In this document: piece by piece, positions 12,331 through 22,427 of the stretch
Numbering within the stretch: position 1 is the stretch's first letter
How the letters are laid out: each line of letters begins with the position of its first letter
Source: Octopus vulgaris
Taxonomy: Eukaryota
Length of the DNA stretch: 64,000 nucleotides
Direction of reading: 5' to 3'
Assembly: GCA_951406725.2 (NCBI GenBank)
Contig: OX597833.1
Location: forward strand, 53,568,001-53,632,000
Program-made: the position numbers and the translations under genes
The notes under the pieces: generated by a model
Told to the model about the DNA's origin: nothing
Database searches by the model: none
Seen by the model: the letters and a program-made list of their open reading frames with translations, nothing else

Positions 12331-12639
12331 TTAATAAAACTGATATAAATTTTATGCAAAATTTCATGTTAGTTCTTTCTTCCTGTCCATGACAAAAATC
12401 ATAAAGTGAGCGAATATACTCGTATATGTCAAAAAAGAGTTTATAATAGACAAAGGAACTCGTTTGCTGTCGATTTTGGCAAGTCTATCTTTTGACGAGT
12501 TAACTCGCCAGAGATAGAAAAAAACGATTTCGGTCAAAACGCATATATTCGTTTCTGCCAGGTAAGGGGTTAATAAAACTGATATAAATTTTATGCAAAA
12601 TTTCATGTTAGTTCTTTCTTCCTGTCCATGACAAAAACC
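12162..12639. repeat. 239-bp near-perfect tandem duplication
   Basis: 12162-12400 repeated at 12401-12639; unit covers MITE right end plus mariner N-terminal remnant. Confidence 0.95.
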
Positions 12640-12687
12640 ATAGACTACAGCTTGTGTGTAATCACAAAAAAAACAAAACAAATTTCA

Positions 12688-13071
12688 ATAATAAATCTCT
12701 GAACGAGGTATAAACAGTAACTGCACTGTTACTGTTTATACCTCGTTCAGAGATTCATTATTGCTTGTATACACTTTTTCGAGATCAGTGACATAGAGTT
12801 ACTGGAAAAAGTATAATATCATCTGCGTTGGGAACTTCTTTTCATCGAAAACCGGTGATTGTCGCACGCCGATGACGGGTCAAGACCCAGAAACTGCAGT
12901 CCGTGCGTATCACTTAGGTTGACGAGGGAAGGACGACCTCCCTTTGCAAATACCATAAGGGCACAGAAAGTGTGCCTAAAGCCAGCTTGGAGACGATGTT
13001 CTCCTGGGGCTACAAGCTACAGTAACACCCACCCTTAGTGGTTAGCCGTATTGAGATGGCAAGTATACCTC
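12688..13071 (+). mobile_element. 384-bp Penelope-like pLTR/retrozyme-type insertion
   Basis: 15-bp direct repeat ACAAAACAAATTTCA at 12673-12687 and 13072-13086; 5' fold-back; internal hammerhead fold; no ORF. Confidence 0.7.
12855..12913 (+). ncRNA. Minimal type-I hammerhead ribozyme candidate (two core deviations)
   Basis: Stem I CGCACG/CGTGCG, core CCGATGA, stem II GGGTC-AA-GACCC, GAAA, palindromic stem III ACTGCAGT, GUC cleavage triplet ending at 12901. Confidence 0.7.
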
Positions 13072-13467
13072 ACAAAACAAATTTCACACAACTTGCAAAG
13101 TAAACACAGCAATGTCACTCAGCACACAGCCTCATGAAAGTCACTGCTAGCTCTCACTGCACATGCAACAGTGTGCTGCCATCTGTCGGTGCGCTACAGA
13201 AAAATGCGGATTATACTCGAGGATTTACGGTAGTTAATTATGTGATGAAACCCATTCCATGATTTCATGTATGTATCAGTGTTGATACTAGGAAATGTTA
13301 ACGAGTGTGAAACACCATAAGATACAGAAATAATGAAATAAATGACTAGTCATGTGATGTATGATGTCACAAGATTGCTTGTTATCTGCCAAGTGACTTT
13401 ACAAGATTTGGTGGTGGTGGTGGTAGTGGTAGTGGTGATTTATTAGTAATGATTTCTGCTTATCATG

Positions 13468-14180
13468 GCCTCCATGCCGGTGGCACGTAAAAAGCACCAT
13501 CCGATCGTGGACGTTGCCAGCCTTGCCTAGCCTCCATGCTGGTGGCACGTAAAAAGCACCATCCGATCGTGGCTGTTTGCCAGCCTTGCCTAGCCTCCGT
13601 GCTGGTGGCACGTAAAAAGCACCATCCGATCGTGGCCGTTGCCAGCCTTGCCTAGCCTCCGTGCTGGTGGCACGTAAAAAGCACCATCCGATCGTGGCCG
13701 TTGCCAGCCTCGCCTAGCCTCCGTGCTGGTGGCACGTAAAAAGCACCATCCGATCGTGGCCGTTGCCAGCCTCGCCTAGCCTCCGTGCTGGTGGCACGTA
13801 AAAAGCACCATCCGATCGTGGCCGTTGCCAGCCTCGCCTAGCCTCCGTGCTGGTGGCACGTAAAAAGCACCATCCGATCTTGGCCGTTGCCAGCCTCGCC
13901 TAGCCTCCATGCTGGTAGCACGTAAAAAGCACCATCCGATTGTGGCCGTTGTCAGCCTCGCCTAGCCTCTGTGCTGGTGGCACATAAAAAGCACCATCCG
14001 ATCGTGGCCGTTGCCAGCCTCGCCTAGCCTCTGTGCTGGTGGCACATAAAAAGCACCATCCGATCGTGGCCGTTACCAGCCTTGCCTAGCCTCCGTGCTG
14101 GTGGCACGTAAAAAGCACCATCCGATCGTGGCCGTTGCCAGCCTTGCCTAGCCTCCGTGCTGGTGGCATGTAAAAAGCAC
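13468..14180 (+). repeat. 62-bp minisatellite, 11 full units plus a partial unit, within an RTE 3' UTR
   Basis: GCCTCCGTGCTGGTGGCACGTAAAAAGCACCATCCGATCGTGGCCGTTGCCAGCCTCGCCTA repeated; runs into the RTE tail ending (GAT)n at ~14318. Confidence 0.95.
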
Positions 14181-14489
14181 CCACTACACTCATGGAGTGG
14201 TTGGTGTTAGGAAGGGCATCCAGCTGTAGAAACATTGCCAGATCAGACTGGGCCTGGTGCAGCCTTCTGGTTTCCCAGATCCCAGCATGGAAAGCGGACG
14301 CTAAACGATGATGATGATGTGATAGACATTAGCTCTGATCTGATGTGTTTGGATAGAGGTAACACATATGGAACAAGGGAACAAGAATTAAGAAAAGGCA
14401 CTACAATTAACACTGGATGTAGTATTAAACTCCAGGAATGGTACAAAGAAATACAACCTCTGTTTAAAGAAAAATTTCAACAAAAACAT

Positions 14490-14685
14490 ACCTATTTCTT
14501 TATTGCCCACAAGCGGCTAAACATAGAGGGGACAAACAAGTACAGAAAAACGGATTAAGTTGATTACATCGACCCCAGTGTGTCACTGGTACTTAATTTA
14601 TCGACCCCGAAAGGATGAAAGGTAAAGTCGACCTCGGCGGAATTTGAACTCAGATCGCAATGGCGAACGAAATACCACAAAGCAT
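14490..14685 (-). mobile_element. SINE family B
   Basis: Reverse copy of the B unit. Confidence 0.8.
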
Positions 14686-14886
14686 GCCATCCAACTCTGA
14701 GCTTCAGATAAGGAGCTAATATCTGCTATATCTGCTAATGTACTGCATTTTTTGGCATGTGAGTTGAATTTTTCAGATAATATTTACAGCCAAAAATGGT
14801 GGGTCGGTTTTGGAGGGCCTAGAATTTCATATAAAAATGCAGCAGGATTTGTAAAGATAGTGATGATGTTTGAATATTTATGTTAC

Positions 14887-15075
14887 ATCATCATCACCAT
14901 CATCATCATTTAATGCTCGTTTTCCATGTTGCCATGGGTTAGATGGTTCGACTGGAACTGGTAATCCGGAGATCTGCACTAGGCTCCAGTCTGAGTTGGC
15001 ATGGTTACTATGGCTGGATGCCCTTCCTAATGCCAAAAATTCCAAGAGTGTAATGGGTGCTTTTATGTATCACTA
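14887..15075 (-). mobile_element. Older RTE family 1 tail
   Basis: (CAT)n and GGATGCCCTTCCTAA motif, diverged. Confidence 0.7.
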
Positions 15076-15199
15076 GCATGGGTTCCATTTACATAGCACT
15101 GGCAGTGACCACAACTATGATTCATGGTACCAGCAATGACCACGAGTGTCATTGCTGTGGGTGTCATAAACATGGTACTGGCAATGACCATGAGTCTGA

Positions 15200-15510
15200 C
15201 CTCAGTGAAATTTGAACTCAGAACACAAAGACAGATGAAATACTGCTAGGCATTTCGCCTGGCGTGCTAACATTTCTTATTTCTTTATTACCCACAAGTG
15301 GCTACACACAGAGGGGACAAACAAGGACAGGCAAAGGGATTAAGTCGATTACATCAACCCCGGTGCATAACTGGTACTTAATTTATCGACCTCGAAAGGA
15401 CGAGAGGCAAAGTCGACCTCAGCGGAATTTGAACTCAGAACATAACAGCAGACGAAATACCGCTAAGCATTTCGCCCGGCATGCTAACATTTCTGCCAGG
15501 TCGCCACCTT
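15200..15510 (-). mobile_element. SINE family B (full unit plus partial second unit)
   Basis: Reverse B homology. Confidence 0.8.
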
Positions 15511-15995
15511 TGAGCAAGGTATAGTGCCAAAAGTCTCTGTCACCGGTCGCTGCCTCTGTGAGGCTCAAAGTTCACACGGTGCTTATTACGTGCCGTCGAC
15601 CCATCGACATAGGTGCCAGTTCATGACACTGGCATAGGCCATGACTGTAATTTCAGCTTGGCTGAAAATCATACTCATGGCCGTAATAACTTAGTTTCTC
15701 TTTCATGCACATACATGTATATAAAAAATACAAATGTTATCAGTTGTGTATTTCTTTTTTGTTATCAATACTGATGCATTTAAGGCACTTAGTGTATGTT
15801 GATTTATACAAATACTGTCACAGCCAGTAATTCTTGGTCTCCGCTGCACAAATACAGAATAACTTCTACTTAGACATTATTTCAAATCTGTCTTGTTTTT
15901 TCTTCTTTTATTTGTTTTATTCATTCTACTGTTGCCAGACTGTAGCAACACCTTGGTGGGGTGGGTGGGAGGTGGCATTATTTAAACCAATTTTT

Positions 15996-16399
15996 GGGCG
16001 GCGAGCTGGCAGAAATGTTAGCACACCGGGCGAAATGCTTAGCAGTATTTCGTCTGCCACTACGTTCTGAGTTCAAATTCCGCCGAGGTCAACTTTGCCT
16101 TTCATCCTTTCGGGGTCAATAAATTAAGTACCAGTTATGCACTGGGGTCGATATAATCGACTTAGTCCGTGTGTCCTCTCTGTGTTTAGCCCCTTGTGGG
16201 TAGTAAAGAAATAGGTATTTCGTCTGCCGTTACGTTCTGAGTTCAAATTCCGTCGAGGTCAACTTTGCCTTTCATCCTTTCGGGGTCGATTAAATAAGTA
16301 CCAGTTATGCACTGGGGGTGATGTAATCAACTTAATCCGTTTGTCTGTCCTTGTTTGTCCCCTCTGTGTTTAGCCCCTTGTGGGCAGTAAAGAAATAAG
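15996..16399 (+). mobile_element. SINE family B dimer with ~15-bp TSD
   Basis: TTATTTAAA(C/T)CAATT at 15978-15992 and 16400-16414. Confidence 0.85.
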
Positions 16400-16720
16400 T
16401 TATTTAAATCAATTGACCCCAGGACTTATTTTTAAGTCAGGTCCTTATTATGTCAATCACCTTTTGCTGAACTACTTGGTGATGGGTGTGTTTACAAATT
16501 GACACCAGCAACAGCAACAACAATAACTACAACAACATCTTCAGCATCAACAACTCTTTAAGTACTGCGGTATCAAATTGTATGAAGAGGACACCTTATC
16601 AGCAATAGATCAAAGTTTCCTATACCTGAAAGAAGAACCAATAATTCTAACAGCCACTCCACCACCACCACCACCGCCGACACCGACACCGCCACTGCCG
16701 CACTCACCTGTACTAATTAA

Positions 16721-17645
16721 CCCTTTAGCATTTAAACTGGGCATATCTGGCCAAAAGTATTCTGCCTGTTTTATGTTCAAACTGGCCAGATCTGGTCTCT
16801 CACACCAACCCTACAATATCATTTTAAAAATTAATAGCTACCTTATCAAAATCTCATAGCTACAAGATAATGCATGATTAGTTCAAAACAATGTGGATAA
16901 AAAAGGATTAAGTTAAGTTAAGTTAAGTTAATTTTTTGGCTCAAAAAGCAAAAAGCAAGGCCATGTAGGAGGACATGGAGTTATGTACAGGGAGGGTGTT
17001 CATGCAAAGAATTCAAGCAATTTCTGGTCAAGAGACACCTTCGAGCGGTTGTCGGCATCTTCACTATCTCGTCCGGCAGCTTATTCCACGGATCCGCAAC
17101 CTGGACGGAGAAAGCCCCTCTCCTTCGATTGAGATGAAATCCGTCGCAGATGGAGCTTTTCGGAGTGACCCCGCAGCCGACGCCCTGGAGCAGGAGTGAA
17201 GAACAGCTCTTTCGAGAGGTTACACTTTCCACTTATGATGTTGTGAGCAAGAATGAGATCACCACGGCGTCGTCGTTTTTCTAGAGAATAAAGGTCGAGC
17301 GTCTTCAGCCTTTCTTCATAAGACAAATGCTTGAGACCAAGAACCATGCGGGTAGCCAGCTTCTGGACTCTTTCGAGATGATGTATGTCTTTGAGGAGAT
17401 AAGGAGAAGAGGCTTGAATCCCGCACTCCAATATGGATCTCACCAGCGTGACGTAGAGCAGTAGGAATATGGCTGCTGTGAGCATTCTGAATGACCGTCG
17501 AATCAAAAACAGAACTCCGCGTGCTTTGTTGGCAGCATGGACGTACTGGGCCGAGCAAGAATGATATCACCACGGCGGCGTCGTTTTTCTAGAGAATAGA
17601 GGTCGAGCGTCTTCAGCTTGGCAGAATAATGCGAACACTAAAGGG
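16721..17645. mobile_element. piggyBac-like MITE (family 1) interrupted by a CR1 LINE
   Basis: TTAA|CCCTTTAG at 16717 and CTAAAGGG|TTAA at 17645; MITE sequence resumes at 17618. Confidence 0.85.
16908..17617 (-). mobile_element. CR1-clade LINE 3' fragment
   Basis: ORF 17081-17506: LYVTLVRSILE...LERVQKLATRM...SYEERLKTLDLYSLEKRRRRGDLI, then WNKLP after a frameshift; (TAACT)n tail. Confidence 0.9.
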
Positions 17646-17689
17646 TTAAAGGTTAATTCTAGAAAACATTACGTGCAGTGTTCGGACTA

Positions 17690-18092
17690 CTCTTTTTCTC
17701 TTTTTACTTGTTTCAGTCATTTGACTGCGGCCATGCTGGAGCACTGCCTTTAGTCGAGCAAATCGACCCCAGGACTTATTCTTTGTAAGCCCAGTACTTA
17801 TTCTATCGGTCTCTTTTGCCGAACCGCTAAGTTACGGGGACGTAAACACACCAGCATCGGTTGTCAAGCAATGCTAGGGGAACAAACACAGACACACAAA
17901 CATATTCACACACACTTATATATATATATACATATATACGACAGGCCTCTTTCAGTTTCCGTCTACGAAATCCACTCACAAGGCATTGGTCGGCCCGGGG
18001 CTATAGCAGAAGACACGTGCCCAAGATGCCACGCAGTGGGACTGAACCCGGAACCATGTGGTTGGTTAGCAAGCTACTTACCAAACAGCCAC
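17690..18092 (-). mobile_element. SINE family A
   Basis: Reverse copy; absent from the paralogous site near 11886. Confidence 0.9.
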
Positions 18093-18729
18093 ATTCAGGT
18101 AAACACATCCATATTCTGAATTTTACTTAATAAAACCGATATACATTTTTGTTGCGACGCTTTCATGGATTACGTTTGAAGTCTTTTATAGAACCCAGGC
18201 AACATCTGCAACGACACAAAGTAATACGGATATGTTCAACATCTAATGTTGAAAGTTCATAGGAGTAGCATATTACAGCTGACGAGATGAGAAATATAAG
18301 GTTGGGGCGGCAGAGAATGGCTATTGTTAGTGTAACTGCTGGACTCCCATTCTATTATTATTATTATTATTGATATCTGGCACGTTACAAGTATTGATTC
18401 AGAAGGTTTTTCACATGTTTTATTAGATATCTACATTTCATTTTATCAGGTCGGTATAACAGATGGACGTATTCTATGCAGTTACTATAAGCTTTAAATG
18501 ATGTTCGAATATAATCCTGAAGAATAAATGGAAAACCAGTAGAGGCTTCCTTTTTTATTTATATATATATATATGTATATATATTTTGTCATAGCTGTTA
18601 TATCTTTATTATGTATTTTAAAGCTGTGTCTTAACACTTATATGGATTAAATGTATGGAATCACTGCCTTGTTTTGTCAGTAAAATAAACACTATTACGG
18701 TTCCTTGTTCCTTATTCTTTTATTTTTTT

Positions 18730-19080
18730 AGCATGCCGGGTGAAATACTAAGCGGTATTTCATCTACCGTTAGGTTCTGAGTTCAAATTCCACCGAGGTC
18801 AACTTTGCCTTTCAAAGCCTTGTGAGTGGATTTGGTAGACGGAAGCTGAAAGAAGCCCATTGTATATATGTATGTATATATATATGTATGTGTGTGTATG
18901 TTATGTATCTGTGTTTGTCCCCCCAACATTGCTTGACAACCAATGCTGGTGTGTTTAGGTCCCTGTAACTTAGCGGTTTGGCAAAAGATACTGATAGAAT
19001 AAGTACTGGGGTCGATTTGATTTGACTAAAGGCGGTGCTCCAGCATGGCCGCAGTCAAATGACTGAAACAAGTAAAAGAA
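18730..19080 (+). mobile_element. SINE B head fused to SINE A body
   Basis: B sequence up to ...TTTGCCTTTCA then A sequence from AAAGCCTTGTGAG. Confidence 0.75.
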
Positions 19081-19231
19081 TAGTAGAAAGGATTACTGAA
19101 ATTACATAATTGCAAATCATTTATATTTAAATGCCAGTGGGCACAAAAATCTTCATGTAAAAAAGATTAAATAAATTACAAATAAATATTGTTGATAGTC
19201 TTTTTGAACCTGATTAATTCAAAACAATATG

Positions 19232-19604
19232 AACAAGAGCACTCAGAGAGTGCAAACTTCTGCCAAGGTAACACCAATGTCCTCTCAATGATTAGCCAGA
19301 GATGGTTTTTAAAATGAGAATATCTGAAATAAACTCAACTGCTCTCCCAAATAAGAATACTAAAAATGAACCCAACCACTCTCAAAAATTAAAGAAAAAA
19401 AAAAGAAAAATAATCCAGAATCCTTGTCTGGCGGTACCGGATCGATCCCAAAATCTAATCAGTTCGTGCCAGTCATGAGACCAAACATCCCTGAAAGTTT
19501 CATCCAAATCCATCCAGCGGTTCTGGAGATATCTTCTTCACAGACAAACAAACAAACAAATATGACTGAAAACAATACCTCTGCTTTTGCTAAGGGGGAG
19601 ATAA
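19232..19604 (-). mobile_element. Helentron-associated (HINE/DINE-1-like) element
   Basis: Minus strand: TTATCTCC..., (GTTT)n microsatellite, GGATGGATTTGGATGAAACTTT core, 3' hairpin GCACTC-TCT-GAGTGC then TCTTGTT; interrupts a piggyBac MITE remnant. Confidence 0.7.
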
Positions 19605-19959
19605 TAAATAAGCATTACACTTGAATAATCAAAATAAATGGCATGCCGTTAATTATGACAACAAAGGTTCCAGTTGATGCAATCAATGGAAGAATCTGCT
19701 TGTGAAATTAATGTGCAAGTGGCTGAGTACTCCACAGTTAACATATTATTATCTAACATTTGTTTTAACTCATGAATGTGAACGGGTATTGAAAAGTTTG
19801 TGGCTTTGGGTAAAAGAAAATATAGGAGGATCAGTTAATTATGATTTTATTCAATGTATTCCTCTCTCAGATTCACACGATTATTACAGCGGTCCTTCAG
19901 TTTTTCTAAGTCCTGTAAAAGAACTGGGAAGGTTGGGCCTCCAACCAGGCCTTTCATTA

Positions 19960-20517
19960 CCAACCCGGCTGTGGCTCTGAGTACAAATATCTTGTTTTCA
20001 TAATTTGTTCCTAACACTAGCTTAATGATAACCAAGTTATTTTGCTAAATTCTTTGTTATATTTAAAGTACTTGAAAGAAACACAGAGCATCTCCACATA
20101 AAATAAATACAGGCGCAGGAGTGGCTGTGTGGTAAGTAGCTTGTTTACCAACCACATGGTTCTGGGTTCAGTCCCACTCCGTGACACCTTGGGCAAGTGT
20201 CTTCTACTATAGCCTCGGGCCGACCAAAGCCTTGTGAGTGGATTTGGTAGACGGAAACTGAAAGAATGTATATATGTGTGTGTGTTTGTGTGTCTGTGTT
20301 TGTCCCCCTAGCATTGCTTGACAACCGATGCTGGTGTGTTTATGTCCCCGTTACTTAGCGGTTCGGCAAAAGAGACCGATAGAATAAGTACTGGGCTTAC
20401 GAAAGAATAAGTCCTGGGCTCGAGTTGCTCGATTAAAGGCGGTGCTCCAGCATGGCCGCAGTCATATGACTGAAACAAGTAAAAAGAGAAAAAAAGAAAA
20501 GAGAACGAAAGGGTTAA
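19960..20517. mobile_element. piggyBac-like MITE (family 2) with nested full-length SINE A (20111-20503, +)
   Basis: Homologous to 24850-25056; right end AACGAAAGGG|TTAA resumes after the SINE tail. Confidence 0.75.
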
Positions 20518-20667
20518 AGCCAGGACCTTTTCAGCATCCCCTCATCTGTGTTACAGTCCCATACATAACTGGGCAGATTTGTGGTGGTGAGAACCTGGAA
20601 GGTTTATTTGAGCTCCCCATCCCAGCTGCTCCATTTAAATGTTAGATAAGGCCCGGATCTTCATTGG

Positions 20668-21405
20668 TTATAATGACAAGCGTTCCAGTTGAGTTGATCA
20701 ATGGAACAGCTTGCACATGAAATTAACAAGTGGCTGAATACTCCACAGTCACACCTACGCTTAACCCTAAACATAGTTCTCAGGAAGATTCAGTATGTCT
20801 CAGAATATAACAAGTCTGACCCTTTGATAGGGCAGCGAGGTGGCAGAAAGGTTAGCACGCCAGCCGAAATGCTTAGCGGTATTTCGTCTGCCGTTACATT
20901 CTGAGTTCAACTTTGCCTTTCATCCTTTTGGGGTTGATAAATTAAATAACAGTTACACACTGGGGTCGATGTAATTGACTTAACCTCTTTGTCTGTCCCC
21001 TCTATGTTTAGCCCCTTGTGGGCAATAAAGAAATAAGAAACGTTAGCAAGCCGGCCGAAATGCTTAGCGGTATTTCGTCTGCCGTTACGTTCTGAGTTCA
21101 AATTCCACCGAGGTCAACTTTGCCTTTCATCCTTTCGGGGTCGATAAATTAAGTACCAGTTATGCACTAGGGTTGATGTAATCGACTTAACCCCTTTATT
21201 CCCTCTATGTTTAGCCCTTTGTGGGCAATAAAGAAATAAGTCTGACCCTTTGAATTGTAGACACTACTCATTTTTTCCAGCTGAGTGCATTGGAACAACA
21301 TGAAGTAAAGCATCTTGCTCAAAGCCACAATGCACTGCTGGGTCTTGAACTCACGACTTTACAATTGTGAGCTGAATACGCTAATCACTAAGCACATACC
21401 TTCAC
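20668..21405 (-). mobile_element. Old tRNA-headed SINE (family D) interrupted by a SINE B dimer
   Basis: Reverse B-box near 21340; 3' half homologous to 52220-52390; fragments also at 19655-19740 and 38160-38405. Confidence 0.6.
20828..21237 (+). mobile_element. SINE family B dimer with 16-bp TSD
   Basis: AAGTCTGACCCTTTGA at 20812-20827 and 21238-21253. Confidence 0.9.
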
Positions 21406-21478
21406 TGAGTAATCTAAATCCTAAAGGATTAAATCACATTCTTAACCTTAGAGAAACCGGAGAATAATCTCATTGCCA

Positions 21479-22061
21479 TCTCTATATATATAAACGGCAA
21501 AATGTCTGCCGAGCTGGCAGATGCGTTAGCACGCCGGGCGAAATGCTTAACTGTATTTTGTCTGCCGTTACGTTCTGAGTTCAAATTCTGCCGAGGTCGA
21601 CTTTGCCTTTCATCCTTTCGTGGTCGATAAATTAAGTACCAGTTGCGCACTGGGGTCGGGGTAATTGACTTAATACCTTTGTCTGTCCTTGTTTGTCCCC
21701 TCTATGTTTAGCCCCTTGTGGGTAGTAAAGAAATATATATAAATCCACAATTTTTCAGTTAGAGGGCTTGCACTTTCTATGGTCATTCAAAACCGTTCAA
21801 GGGTGGTCGTGCACATCTTTACATTTCCCCAGTCACCCCGCAAAGCCATTAAAAAAAAATCAATAGAAGTGACTTTTTTGTGAATTTTCTATCCAAAACC
21901 CAATCAAAATGCCCGAAACTTGATACGCCAATTGAATGCCAGCTAGCTGTATGTGACTGGTGTCGGAGATTTGGACAGTACTCGCATGTATGTGCACACG
22001 CACGCAGCTGTATATACATGCACTAGCACTATGACCCGGCAACGCCAGGTCATAGTGCTAG
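21479..22061 (+). mobile_element. Non-autonomous Helitron (family 2) with nested SINE B (21509-21734)
   Basis: A|TC start, terminal hairpin and CTAG|T end; colinear with intact copy 35915-36278. Confidence 0.85.
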
Positions 22062-22389
22062 TTTGCTATAAAAATTATTTCAATGACACCATTCTGTTGT
22101 CAGACTTGAACCTTGGTGTTGAGATCAAACAAGTTTATAAACCATTGTTTAATAGAAAAGTAATGAGACGAAGTTTCCTCATTATAGCTGTTTCAGCTCA
22201 AATGATGCTCTTATGCAAAAGCATAACTGTCACATAAATTGCCTTTTATTTCTGTCTTCTTTCACATCAACGTATGGCCTTGTGTCAATATTTAATATCT
22301 ATTTTACTAGTGTACTTATATCATCAAAAATTATGACAATATTATTAGCTACAGAGAATAGCACATCTGTTCAAATAAAATGTCTTCCT

Positions 22390-22427
<38 letters not shown>

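Larger units (their letters stand above)
10691..13200 (-). pseudogene. Decayed mariner transposon, split by at least four later insertions
   Basis: YSPDLTPADFHLFPKMK catalytic-region motif and YFEGD-like end (11170-11450); AYGKEAM..CFEWH HTH remnant (~11600-11660); EERTNMKFC N-terminus (~12355-12385); TA|CAAGGTGGTATTAAAAAGTTCC TIR at 10689-10712. Confidence 0.8.

Noticed and set aside
13468-14180. CRISPR-like array
   Set aside because: Whole 62-bp units repeat with no unique spacers; the array is continuous with an RTE 3' UTR; eukaryotic context with no cas genes
18278-18300. CTGACGAG...GAAA as another hammerhead
   Set aside because: No stem II and no complementary stem I/III arms
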